Shown: positions 24,870-38,400 of the stretch, piece by piece | Layout: every line of letters begins with the position of its first letter | How positions within the stretch are numbered: the first letter of the stretch is position 1 | Source: Amphiscolops sp. MND2022 | Taxonomy: Eukaryota | Direction: 5' to 3' | DNA length: 64,000 nt | NCBI GenBank assembly: GCA_964187785.1 | Contig: OZ076409.1 | Location: 51,772,001 to 51,836,000, forward strand | Notes under the pieces: model-generated | Told to the model about the DNA's origin: nothing | The model's input: the letters and a program-made list of their open reading frames with translations, nothing else | The model's database searches: none | Position numbers and translations under genes: made by a program

Positions 24870-25419
24870 TGAGCGTTGAAAAATGCCCAAACAACTGAGA
24901 AAAAGGATCGAAGTTATCAGTTTTCGGCCGTTATTTGCAGTTTCAAAGAGCTAGCAACCTCTACAAATGAATCATCTTGTCCATGCTGTGCCAGTTGTTT
25001 TGCTTTTCACGGCTTCAGTACTGCTTAAAAATACTTTCACTGAAAAAAAGACGTTACTACTTAAGATTTTCGATAGAAAAATTTCTTTAATAGAATACGC
25101 CTATACTTATCTATCGCTTTAGTGTGGCCTTATTAAGACGAGTAGAACCAATTTCCTTGAAAGCAGTTTTTGAACTTCTATAAAATTGAATGTTAAGATT
25201 GTCCAGAAAATTTAGTCGACTGTTGGACCTGTTCGATGAACGTCTATGGTTGGCAAAATAAACAAAAGTAAATAACATGCAATTTATCAAAACAGTTCTT
25301 CATTCAATGAACTAATTTATTGTTTATTACTTTTTCTGTTTTCACTCGAGGTATGCAAACTAACCGGTCGATTCATCAACCGAACATTATCTAATATAGT
25401 TGAAGTCGTTTCAGATAAC

Positions 25420-25820
25420 GTGATGGGCAAAACTAAAAGAGATAGATTTGGTTCCGTCTAAAGGTCATAACAGTTGAAGCAGTTGTTCGAGCCAAGTGTG
25501 ATTTTTGTGATAAAAACGTTGTTACTAACCCCCAAAGAATGAGGCATCGAAATGGTTTTTATCAGAGACGGTGACAAAGATCTGAGAGAAGCATTGAAGC
25601 GAAAAGTTTTTTTATCAGCTAATCATATCGAGGATTGAAAAACTGAAATCCGGGACCAAATAGGACGCTTCTTCATTGCCTCCAAGAGAGCGTTCAGACA
25701 AGTTGATAGTAAGAAGTTTGCAAGCCTTGTCAATATGCTGAAACCAGGAGTAACCAGGCGAAAACTGGGATTTAGTACAGGGATCTCAAGAATGGGACAC
25801 CGCGTAGGAAAAACTCAGAT
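25420..25820 (+). pseudogene. hAT-like transposase N-terminal remnant
   Basis: Broken frames give QIGRFFIASKRAFRQVDSKKFASLVNMLKPG..RRKL, resembling the F..VE...F..LV..L.PGY..PSR motif of hAT transposases. Confidence 0.45.
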
Positions 25821-25932
25821 ACTTACGCTGTTAAAAAAGCAGGAAATCTTGCTTTCTGTTCAAGGAACTGAAAAAACTGCTGTGATTTGTTTTCTGAGAA
25901 CAAATTCAAATCTTTCAATATTTTTCTAACAT

Positions 25933-26303
25933 TTTTAGCCGGCGCTTTTTGAAGAAAAACGCAGACTATGGTAGTGACTTTTTTTAAGACCAACGAAGTG
26001 TTATTTCCTAAGCTTTTATAAGCTGGTATGTTCATTTGTTAAACTTCTTGGCCGACTAATTTTCAGACTTAGAGAAGCAGCAGAGCGTGGGTTCGAGTCT
26101 CGCACTAAACCAAAAAATTTTTAATGCTTCCAGAAGTAGAGGTGAGACCAAAGGGTCCCCCTTTGGGTTTTTTCGGCACTATGCGACTTTTTTTTACCAA
26201 ATCCTTTATTTTGAAAAAAATTTCCCCAAATGTTTCCAAAAGTTGTTCCTTGAATACTTTTGAGCCTAGATATGGCGCCGACTTGGTCCGTTCCCGGCTT
26301 GTT
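25933..26303 (+). mobile_element. HINE-like element
   Basis: ttttagccggcgc...aaacgcagact at the 5' end; tatggcgccgacttggtccgttcccggcttgtt at the 3' end. Confidence 0.8.
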
Positions 26304-26499
26304 TAATATAGCAAACAGTTTTTTTCAATTCAACGAACATTTTGCCAACCCTGTTGTCGCAGGCTACCAGAAGTCGCTCCGCAAAACGTCAAAACAAGAC
26401 TGCCACCAGTAGTACTGCCCAAAGAAATATGGACCAAAGGACGACATGGCTAATGTAAACTTTCTGCTCACAGAACACTACAACTTAACTCCTTCACCA

Positions 26500-27596
26500 T
26501 GTATAGTCATGTTTCACATGTTATGTATTTATTTTATACGTTGTTAAAAATAAACCAGTGTTGATGAATGTTAGAACATGTAAAATGTATTCGATTTGGT
26601 ATTATTGGAAACTAGTAACAAGCTGATAGCTTTTACGGAAACGCGTTCAAGTAAGGCTAATGGGACGGACGTGTGGTCCCTTCGAGCTGTCAAGCCATTT
26701 TCTTTTATGTATTGCTGAAGATCCTTTGTATAGAGTTATTCCAGAATTCAGAATTTCGTCTCAATGACGTAATTCTAGGGATTATTCTTGAAACCATGAA
26801 AAGTATATTTTTGAATATCATGCGATTTCATGTATAAATACAGGGTCCCAGTTGAACAGAGGACCATAATCTGAATTAGGATGTTACAATCAATCGACTT
26901 ATTTGAAACTTGATTGCGCTGATACAGTTGCTGATTTCTTGTCCCACGACTGCTGATATACTTGCCTACTACTGAACAAGGAATTGCTCCATATTGCGTG
27001 TTTTTAGACAGCATAAACTTCTTCAGATGCCTTCAACTAGGAAACAGAAAGCGAAAGAAAAACGCTCTGAGCAATCGGACGTAATGTCCGATTTAGAAAA
27101 CACGGATGTGATCCCTGGAAAATATTTTAGAAATGAGGCTGAATGTCATCAGAATGAAAAAGAAATAGAAGTGAACCTTGAGTCCAATGAGCTACAGCAT
27201 AATGTTAAAACGATGGGTGAAGATTTTAGGTTTTTGTTGAATACAAAAAGCAGAGAAAATAGTGAAATCACGGTAGAGACTGCAGGAATGGTCAATTGTG
27301 AAATCATTAGTCAAGTTACTAGGAATTTTGATGAGATTAAAATTGACCTAAAGACTCAGATTTCCGAAACAATAATCTCAGCGATTATGAAGGAAGTCCT
27401 TCCTTTCATTCAGAATCTTTTTGGAAAGACAGGATCAAATGCAAAAGTGGACCTTTAGTCCAGATAGTTCCACAGGAGCCCGGAAGTAGAAAACAGTAGG
27501 GAAACACGGGATGTTTGCCCTAAAGTAACCTCAAATAAATGGTAACCCGCGTCGCTATAGAAGGGAGAGTTCTGTAGACTCCCAGGAGCGTTTACA
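26500..27596 (+). mobile_element. Probable solo LTR (~1.1 kb) containing a gag/ORF1-like ORF
   Basis: TGTA...TACA ends with imperfect TSD tcacc(a)/tcacc; internal ORF 27027-27458 MPSTRKQKAKEKRSEQSDVMSDLEN...ITVETAGMVNCEIISQVTRNFDEIKIDLKTQISETI (coiled-coil-like). Confidence 0.45.
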
Positions 27597-27831
27597 TCAC
27601 CTGCCACTAGTTACGGCTAGGGTACTGACAAAATGAAGTCACCCCACTCTCGTATGTCAAATTAAAAGAGTCTGAAAAAGTTCTTTTTTGAAAACAAAAC
27701 AGTTTTCATTCGTCGTTTTGTGTACAAAAATGCTTTCAAAAACTTGAAGTAGTATTCGAGAAATTCTTTCCAGTTTGAGGACACGTTTCATTTTCACGAC
27801 ATATGACATCAATGAGTTGAAACAAATAATA

Positions 27832-28342
27832 ATAAGCCGGGAACGGCCCAAGTCGGTGCCATATCTAAGGCTCAAAAATAGCAAAAAGGACTTCAAAGTG
27901 TCAAGTATTCTCTTTTACGGTACCCGCATGAGGAAAAAATGTTCCGAAATGTTTTGAAGTCACTGGTAAGTCTTTCGAAAAATGTCGCATAGTGCCGAAA
28001 AATTTAAAAGGGGGGCCTTTGGGATTTTTTTACATCCATTCTTTTGCAAAATAGAAAAAAATGAAGGGGGACCATTAGGAGACATTAAAAAATTTGCGAA
28101 AAAGTCCCACAAATCCGAAATAACATGCTGAAAAAAATTTGGTCAAGGGCGAGACTCGACCCACGTTTTTCTGCTTGGCAGACCTTAAAAAGTCCTGATC
28201 AACCTCTATGCACGACTTACATTAGTGTGGCAGTTAGTGGAAGCCAGCTTATAAAGCATATAAAATCTGTCACGTCGTTGGTCTTTAAAAAATGAAAGTC
28301 ACTACTACAGTCTGCGTTTTTCTACGAAATGCGTCGAATAAA
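27832..28342 (-). mobile_element. HINE-like element
   Basis: taagccgggaacggcccaagtcggtgccatatctaaggctc head; agtctgcgtttttctacgaaatgcgtcgaataaaa tail. Confidence 0.8.
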
Positions 28343-29493
28343 AATATCTTTTCAGTTTCGTACAAAATACTTCAGGAAAGTTCTTAGATTTGCGTTTTAA
28401 ATACTTTTATGATAAATAACCTTTGAAACTTGAACCATTATTCATTATTGAACTTTGTTTGAGTTCCGTAGGTCCATCCATGTTATCTAAGATTGTTGTC
28501 CATTGTTGCCAAAAAGAGCGATTATGTTCATGAAAACATCAAAGTTCTTTCGTTCGGCTTTTTCAGCTGTTTCTTGGAGTTAATTCTCTTCAGCATTTTT
28601 TGTTGAAACTCGACGATATAAAGCTTTCGTGATACTCGAAATGCATGGAACTAAATAGAAGAGTTGGTTATTTTGTTGTGTGCTTGAAATTGGATGGAAT
28701 TGTGCTGATCATATGTTTCCATGCATGGAATTTGGCCATATCCTTGTTTTTAAAAAATATAGTGTTTGACGTTCATTTTGAGCAGTACGCTTAGAGTGTA
28801 GAGCACCTAATGATTTTCAATCATTTGACAAACGAGGCTTCAATTCATTCAACAAATGACTTTCAATTAACTTCACTTCTCTTCATTTGTAAACTAAAAT
28901 TGTTCTCGATGTGAACATTAAATTATTCTGAAAGATACCGATTGTTAACTAATTTTAGCGTGAATCTTGCAAGGTTTTACAATAATAGTCACGCTTTGCT
29001 AGATTCTTGCAAAAATAGCTTTTGCTGTTTAAAGCCATTGCAAAATGTATCTAATATAGGAGGCATTTTTGTCCGAAATGTGGAAGCGAAAATAATGGCG
29101 ACTCAATTATTTTTGACTTTGCATTCATCTACAATTTCTTTTCACCTATTGTTTGAATTGAGTATCCGCTGAAAGTGTTCATCATGTACGAAAAATTGCA
29201 AAAAAAGTGAGAATCTTGCCGGAACTTATCAGATATTTATCTTTTTATACCTAGATTCCTTACAGACACTTCTGGAGATTTTTCATTTAAAAAAGAGGCG
29301 AAGTTATTGTTAATTCAAGACACTTCAATATTCGTTTTTATAAATCCTAATAGGAGCATAACAGTTTTTGATTCCAATAAGGCAGCAGCTAAGACTTCTC
29401 TCTGGTTGTTCCAGAACACACAATTAATTGACGATTTTGAAAGTTCCGAGGAAGTCGCAATGGAGGCCAGGTGGCTTAACAGATTCAACAACT

Positions 29494-32400
29494 CTATTGT
29501 TGACCCATGTTGTCAAGACTGCGGTATTCGACATATTCTAAAACGAAATTAAAAACCGAAAATCTAAAACGGAATTCCTTCACGCGTTTGATAAAGCATC
29601 AAATCAAAAGATTTTTAAACTGGGAATCGCATACAATTGATAAATTTTTCAATTAATAGAAGACACCCACAAAAATATTGAGAAAAAATACGCTTCTGAA
29701 CCTTCCAAATAATCTCAAATCATACAGATGATTTTTAAAACTTGTTGACAACTTGAAAAATACACAAAGGTTTTTGAAATGCTTGAAGTTGATCAGCAAA
29801 AAGTTTCTCGAAGTGTAAAGTGAATCTTGTTTTACTAAGAAAGATCAAAAAAAATATTTTTAGTGTTATACTATTTTGTATCTAAAAGTTAAAATTATAG
29901 GTGTTACCTTGATCGTTTTCAGAAACAGGAGCCAAGGCGTCAAATCGTGCATTGCTGCTTAGAGCTCCATCGTATGGTCTATAAAACGGGTAACAATCAA
30001 TTAGTGCCAAAAATTTGATGATGAAAACTTCAGGGAAATCAACTTTTAGAGAAGATTGAAAATGAAGAACTAAAGCAAAAAAAAACGTTTCAAACTGGAA
30101 CACAAAATAATTTCAAAAAAATTATATGCAGGTAGAATGCAGGTACAATTTTACTACGACTGACCTCGAAGTATTGGGCTGATGGATATCGGGAAGTTTG
30201 GTAGCCAAGTTTGAAACATCGTTTTCAGCATGATCCACAACTAGTCGATCGTGGCTTTGGTTAGCCTCGTGTCGATTTTCCAAGAACTCGTCTTTTCCCG
30301 AAACCTCGCCCAGATTTTCTGAAGCTATTTGTTGGTCTGTGGACAGAGCAGCCCGGATCATGTCAGAAACAAGATCTTTCTCTGAAATCAAAATATTTTG
30401 AACAAAAAACCGAAGGGTTGCGTAATAATGAAAATAGTCTTTTGGATGTCCATCATTTTCTGCTGCTCAAATTAAATATTTATGTCCCAGGAAATAACAC
30501 TGTGGAATCCGTGGAATCCGGGACTTATAACGTAATTTGCCAATTTTGCACAGTTAAAGGTATGGTCGTGGAATCCGAGGCATTGAAAGCACAAATTTGT
30601 GCTTAGAGCAAATTTAGCTCGCCTATGCACTCTAATGCAAGCTTGTGATTATTAGGGTGACCATTTTAGCTCCTAGTTGTAGAAAAATAGCAACAGATGA
30701 ATGCAGTCATCATTATCATTAGAGTAGCCCTAGTTAACTTGACACAACAAAACGTAATATTCAAAACCATTATTTTTAGGTATGTCAAAAGCTGTAGTTT
30801 CAACTCAATTCCGATGAACTTTGGCATAATTCCATCTAAATTGTAAGTCTCAAATATACAACGAGCATTACCATGCTGAAAAATTGCAATAACTCGGAAG
30901 TTTTCGAAAGATATTTAACCTTGCTCGGTTGCACAGATAAGCCATTGTTGGATAGCAGAAATTGAATCAACTTGCAAAATCTGGCTGAGCAAATCCATGA
31001 CCTAAAATAAAAACAGACTTTTACAAAGTGGATCAAAACTGCACAATACAAGTCATAGAGGAGACTTGCCACAGCTTCATTGTCTGGCTGCCTGTTGATG
31101 CCACCAGTGAAAACTCCCATGCGACTGGGCATTCTTCCGGCCCTCGATCCAGGGCCCGATCTAGTCATTGCCCTAGAAGGCGCCTCGTTTAACCGACCTA
31201 AATACAAGAACTCGGATAGAATGGATTCAAACAACGGACGAAGAACCGTCATGGTAGCCCTGGTTGAAACTACTTGTACTTTTTACAAGGTTTTGTAAGT
31301 TGCCAAGCTAACCTATTATGATTTTATTCAACTGTCGAGAAAACTTTCATGCATTAAATATTCATTGCTTTAATCGAATTTTATCCAGCTGCCTCAAAGA
31401 TTTGACGGAATTTAGGAGCCATCATGTTTTACAAGTTTTAATATGCAATGGTTCTATTTTTGAATGCAGCTGAGACCTTATCAATTTTACCACCATTTCA
31501 ATGCAAATCACGTTCAGTCACTTAAAGATTTCAAAGTAGCGTCATATTAAGTTTGCAATTTGACTAACGGTGGTTATATAAGTTGACGATTTGACAAAAT
31601 CGAGTGTGAAGACAATTTGATCGAGACGGTGAAGAAGTGGGAATATTTTCAATTTTAAATGAAATAGTGGAAGCTGCATTGTAATCATATAAAATTTTTC
31701 TAAGCGCGCTCCCAGAAGTTTCCATGCTTTGTAAAAAAAGACTTGCAAGAATGGAAGCAGCATAGAAGACTTCACCCCTAGAAATTACACAGCAAAACGA
31801 TCACAAAATGCGATTATTTCAAATTTTACTCCGTGAATTTTTTTCAATGGAATTACTTACGACTCCGTTGTTTCGTTCATTTGTTTCTGAAAAAGTGGTG
31901 TTATAAAGGAAAGTCAAGGCTAAAAATAGAGTTGGGGTGGTTTTTCTTCTGACGCAGTTATCGAGATATTGCGTGATAAATTTGGAAATATTCCAGAATT
32001 CTTCTATCTATATCTATTCTTCTATCTATATACTGTGATATCCTTTTTAGTAGGCGCGTTTTCCTTTTAAGGAAAAATGCCCGACTATAGCAGTGACCTT
32101 TTTTTCTTCAGACCACATACCTCACACTGATCGGTCCACTTTTTAGAAACATTCCTGAAACCACCTAAGGCCAAGTCAAGTCAAGGCAAACTTAGTGCAA
32201 AGGCTCCCCCGTTTCATTTATTACATTTTTAACGTAACCTACAAAACCGGTCAAGACTAAAGGGTCCCTCCTTTCAAATTTTTTGGCACTGTACGACTTT
32301 TTTCGAAAAAATTTTCAAAAATTTCAAGTTTCTTTCCAAAAAAAATGTTTTGCACTTTTTGAGCCTTAGATATAGTGCCGACTTTAGACTTTCTCGTCTT

Positions 32401-35400
32401 GTTATATTTTAACTCAACTTCCAAACAAAAAGTTGCGTTGCAATTCCGACTAAACTCAGAGGGATTTTGCTCCTGATACTTTTTTGTCCAATGCTTATTC
32501 GAAGAAGCAACATATGCTGTTTCGCCTACACTATTAGCTGTCTTTAATTTTTAAATTTTTAGTCGGCGCTTCATGAAGTGAAACGCGACTATTATAGTGA
32601 CTCTTTTTTTTCTATCCACACGAACTGACCAAAATAGTTCTACAAAAGTTCTACAAAATATTATTGCATCAAAATGCACTATTTGGTCTAGCGAACTGAA
32701 CCAAAAAGGTTTTTCCTGTTTTTCCGCGTAACATACCATACCGGGCGAGACCAAAGACTCCCCCCTTTCATTTTTTTCGGCACTGCGAGACTTTTTTTTC
32801 GAAAAAAAAAATTTTCCCCAAAGGGTCCCCCCTGCATTTTTTTTGATGTTTTGCGACAGAATGGATGTTAAAAAATCCCAAAGGGTCCCCCCTTTCAGTT
32901 TTTTTCGGCATTGTGAGATTTTTTCCCGAAAATGAAAATTTTTGTTTTCTTCAATTTTTTCATGTTTTGCGACAGAATGGATGTTGAAAAACCTCAAAGG
33001 GTCCACCCTTTCAGTTTTTCGACATTGTGAGACTTTAGCGCGCCAGGAGCGCCACTCGGTCCATTTTTTTTTGAGTATGTAATTTTTTCCAAAAATTTTT
33101 TTTCAAAAAACTTCGATTTTCGAGTACTGTAAAAGAGTACTTGACACTTGGAAGTCTTTTTGCTATTTTTGAGCCTTGGATATGGCGCCGACTTGGGCCG
33201 GTCCCGGCTTGTTGGTATTATAAAGAATATTCAGTTACCCATGACGCTTCAGGTTTTTACTCGGCGCATTTTAGTAGAAAATGAGCGCAACTAATACAGT
33301 GGCAAGTTTTTTTTTCTTCGTCGGATTACAGAATCTATGCGTAGTGGACAATTTTTACAGAACTACTAAACTACTACGGAAACGGAAACGCATCTAAGTT
33401 AGTGCGAAGGGTCCCCCCTTTCATTTATTTCTTCATTTTCAACGTAAAATAGAAAACCGTAGGAGACTATAAGGGCCCTCTTTCTGTTTTTTGACACTGT
33501 GAGATATTTTACTGAACGTTTTTTAATGTCCTAAAGGGCGCCCCATCAATTTTCTTGATATTTTGCAACAAATTCGATGTTAAGAACGGGTTCCCCCTTT
33601 CATATTTTTCGGCATTGTGAGGCTTTTCAGAATGATCATTTTCGTCTTGAAATTAGGTTTTCTCAGTGGTTCAGTAAGCTATATCCGAACTTTTGACGTT
33701 ATATCCGAAGTAACTTGCGTTTTTTTAAAAGGGTGGTCGAGGCGAGGTTCCAATATATTGCGCAATATCCAAAGTTCTGACATTATATCCGAAGTATATT
33801 GCATATCATTGAGGATGAAGCGGAGATTCAAAAATATTGCGTTGTATCCGCGTTTTTGCTTTTTTTTCAAGACGGGCGTTTTTTTCGGTAAACGGGTGGT
33901 ATGTTACATTTGTCCAATGTGTTTTCATCGAAGCCGCACTCGACTTTTACTAGAAACAAAACGGTTTGTGAACATATAGCACTCTTTGGGGTTTTCGGCA
34001 CTATGCGACTTATCAGAGACAATTTTTGGGAAAAAATTCTTTATAAAAAGTTCGAAAATTTTTCAACCTCAATTTTTACTTCTTTGAAATATAGGTATCC
34101 TGAATATAAATCCAGGATCCAACAATTTTTCTCAATACTATCGAAATTTTTGACGTTATATCCGACGTACGTTGCTTTCCACTAAAGAGGAGGTCGAGGT
34201 TCGAAAATATTGCGATTTATTCGAATTTTGACGTTATATCCAAACTAAATTGCGTTCTTTTCAGGAGGAAGCTGAGGTTCAGAAAAAGCACTCCCGTGTA
34301 GCCCAACACGCTGTATCCAAACTTTTGAAGCGTTTCCGAGCACCGAAGTCACATTTTGGGTGTTTTGACACTTTCATGAGCGTTTTTTAAGTTTTTCGTG
34401 ACAAAAAGTACTGGGCGTATTTTTAAAACTTAGCGCTTTTCGAGCCTCAAGTATAGCGCCGACTTTAGACGTTCCCGTTTTGTTAGATAGTTTGATAATA
34501 ACAATCGATAGCGAATGCAGTTTTTGAAACAATTCACTTCGCAAGAAAATATATTGGCGTTTTTAGTCGACGCTTCTACTTTAAGAAAAAGCTCCTTGTA
34601 ACAATGAGTTTGACAAAAACGAACATACTAATCTAGGACTATGATGCCAACGTACTATACGGTGAATATGCATTCCCGGAGTCGCCAGTTCACTTGGTTT
34701 TTACATCTGTTTCAAATTTAGGTGATTTTTTTGCCAATATAGGACTTTCTTTTCAAAAATGCTTAGAAAATGAAAAACCAGTGCTAGACAATCCAGAAGA
34801 TCTCATTTCAAACGAAGATAATGTTCTTTTAACGAAGAAAATGTCTTATTAGTACAGTCTAATTTTCACCTGTGACTTTAGAGTAGGAAGCTTTTGGGGG
34901 AGGTGGTGGCTGTTGGTGTTCAAGTCCCATTCCAGGTTCGAGTCCCGCTCGATTACTGATCTCTTTCAGCTCTTCAAACCAACGAGGAACCATCGGTACT
35001 AAAACAAACTCATCAAAATAAATTTGTTACCTAACGAGTTTTAAACCTTTTTTTCAATTTTACAAAATCGGACATTTTCAAAAGTTTTAAATTCGTTTAA
35101 AAAACATTTTTCTTGGAATATGATTGCAGTACGTGCTCACATGACGGCCTCACATGAATTTCATTAAACCTACTAGTTTTTTAAATCACTTGTTATCAGG
35201 TTCTGTGAGATCACATTTTTCAAAGCCTATGTTAGAAGTTTCAAAAAAAACTTGGAAAACAAATTCACTCTGTGGACAAAATGATTTTAACCATAAGAAA
35301 TGAAATTATGTCAACAGAAAGTTGAAAACATTTTGTTCACATAGTGTAGTTTGACAATGAAAGCACGTGAAGATGAAAACGACAGTTTTTTGAGCATGTA

Positions 35401-38400
35401 TTAGTAATAGGTGGCAACTAACCCTTTCTGTAAGGTACTCCCTTTGTGTGGAAAACGTCATATGTTTCTATTCCGTACGAATTGGTGGGAAAGATGGGAT
35501 GTTGTGAGACGGTGGAGGGTACCTTGTATGCTTGGTATATTGACCTTCTCTCAGGGGTCATAAGGGGCCGTGGACCCGGCTGGAACCCGTCGTCTGACAC
35601 GTGACAAATGGGTACATCCAAAAGACCTAAAACACAAACGTTATGTGATAAGATACTCTTCTATCTTTTCAATTGTATTCATTTTCCTTTTCGGCGACAA
35701 AATTCATAATACTACAAGAAATTTCAAAATTTTTTGTTTTCGCTATTGTTGCTACGTTGGAATAACGAATTGAAAACTACTTCAAAGTTCACCTACTAAC
35801 CTTTCATATGTCTTACACGAGATGGGTGAGGATTGTGACGAGTGAAAAAAGAACTGGAGCTAAGAGAGGGCGCGAAAGATCCCCCGGCTGCACTGCGAGC
35901 CCCGAATCTGCCCTTGGACGGAGCTCCATACTGAGAACTAAAACCAAACAATAACTGGATCTTACAGAAATCTGTTTCAAGAAAATTAATTTGTTCTTTG
36001 ATTCTCTGAAGTCGTCTACATTTATTGCATCTCAAATACGATACACTGAATTTTTGAAAAAAAATTGGGAAAAAGGATGCCACTGGTAGTTGAAATTGGC
36101 AATCTCTTTTTGTCTTATTTTCGAAAAACTTGGTGGTTTAGAATGTTGAAAATATTCAACAAGGAAAGAATTCGTTGTCCGGCGGGCTTGCGTGAAGAAG
36201 CAAACGCAGTTTTTTATTGACTAAAAAGCTCAAATTGCGACCGATATAGACAAAATTTCCAAAACCTACCAATTTTTCACGTTTCTATGCAACTTTTGTC
36301 GAAATTTCAAGAGATTTCGTGGATCAGAACGTTAAAAATGTTCAACAACGAATGCATTAGTTAGCCAAATAAGGGTTCTTTGAGGAGATAAATGCAGTTT
36401 TGAAAAAAAATGCCACAACGACGCCAAAATACTCAAAAATCATCAGTTTTGAACAATTTTTCATTTTCCAACGCAACTTTTGTAAAATATTCAACGTTTC
36501 TATTGATAAGAATTCTAAATCTGTTCAATAACAACTAAAAGCATTATCCAGTAGGCTTTTGAAAAACAAATGCAAGTTATTAGAAATGTCTATCAATTTC
36601 AGCCCAAAATATCGAAAACCTAAATCTTTCCAGTTTGTAGTCTTTCCTGGAATTTGTGTACAATTTTTCAAAACACTCAAAAACGAACACACTTGCTTTG
36701 CAGTATGCTGTTATTGAAGAGAGAGTTGCAGTGTTTTGCTTCAGAAACACTGCCAAAATGACCCTACTAAGTTGGAGACGAAAAAAAATCCAATTTTAAC
36801 GTTTCTTATGCAAAATTTCGCAATTTTCGAAATGTTTCCATCGTTGGAAGAATGAAAACATTCAACAATGAACAAATGGGTTATCCAGTAGACTTTTTGA
36901 AGGTCAATTGCAGTTTCACGTTAGAAAAGAGCCTCAAAATGACCCAAAAATTGTCCAAAAAAATTGTGGCAGTTGTTTGACAATTTAGTTAATTTTCAAT
37001 AACAGTTACCAAAAATTCGTAAGATTCGAAATTTCGAAACTTTCTAAATAGGCATGTTTTAAAAGAGAATTTTACAATTTTGTATGTAAACCGTTCGTCA
37101 GAACGACTTAAACAATAATCATATAATCCCTATTTTTCGTGTTTTTGAAGATTTTGGGCCTCAAAAATTTCGTTGCAAGAACAGTTTGGACGGAAAATAT
37201 CCTGCTGGTCAGCGGGCGTCTTGTAATGTTTTCGGTTGAATCATTTAGTTTTAAAATGCCACTTTGGACCCCTAAAAGCAAACAAAAACGAGGCTTCAGA
37301 CCTTTGGACGCGGTTTTTAGTTTAGAAGTTTAGATTACTCCGCTATTTCACCTCTGTCAAGCAATTGAGGCTTGGTGTCCTTCTTTAAGGCACGTTGTAA
37401 GAGTATATCAAAAGTTTCTCAGAGTCATTACGCTTGTTTGTAACAATCTCAAAGGTTTCGATGGAACTGTAGATAATATGAAAGGTATGAGGTTTTAGAA
37501 GCAGCTGTTTTTGAAGAAAAAAAGCGATGATTAATTTTTTTAAACACAATTGTGTTGTCATGCACCATTGAAATCGTGTACTAGGGATCCAAAAAAGACG
37601 TGTATCGTACAAAAATGTAAAGAAATAATGGCCTCGACATCGCGTTTTGGAACAAAAATTAGTTCATATTCCGAAAGTCTCCATGATTTGTATTTTTCAA
37701 GATCTTTTAGAAGTGTAAAATCATATATTTGAAAACTAATATAACAGTCATTCAACGCTGCAGCTAGCAATATTGGTATGAAAATATTGATGTTTTCATG
37801 TTTTTTTACAATTTCGTTGCATTTACTACGCAACTCTTTTGCCGCCTTAAAGTTTGAGTTCTGAAATTTCGCTCAGTTGGCTGGTATCAATCGGCTAAAG
37901 AAGATACAAATTTTGCTTCAGAAGGTTTCTTTTTTCGGGACAGGGCTTTTCTTCGAATTGAATTTTTTACCCATAAATATGATTTAAAGAATTACCACGA
38001 AAAATATCCCTTATAAGTTCACGTCTCTCAATTTTTTGAAAGAAATTAATATCATCGTTAGTTTGGAATCTTAAATTTAAACATGCATGCAGAAAAAGTT
38101 TTTAAAATAAATCATAAAAGTACTAGACTTGTTTACATGCAGACGAAGATATGTTACAAGATGTTACAGATGTAGGTTCAGTTCTTTTGTTACACAATTG
38201 TCCGTGTACACTGTATCCTTGTACAATTCGTTATTGCTGACTTGAAATGTGGATGACTCACCGATGTGTCATAGGTAGGGTGTGAGCCATAGGTGGTTGG
38301 TTTCCTCCCATTCGCATGGACAAAGTAGGGCCTCCGTTCTGTTTCATGTTTTCCACAAAAAGTCTCCTAAAAGCAGAAAAGTCCATCTCATCTTTGTTGT

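Noticed and set aside
31542..31775. Candidate additional TBATA exon (GVKSSMLLPF...)
   Set aside because: Exons 34998-34870 and 31197-31070 already join into the conserved YSKVTG|RL motif, and this segment has no fitting donor or homology.
32551..33006. Lys/Phe-rich ORFs in repeat copies (also 50802-51236, 41467-42215, 19595-19861, 54165-54695, 55977-56605)
   Set aside because: Chance frames through A/T-run-rich non-coding elements; not conserved in frame between copies.
34934..34948. B-box-like ggttcgagtccc suggesting a tRNA
   Set aside because: It is the antisense of a TBATA-like coding exon (AGLEPG); no cloverleaf.
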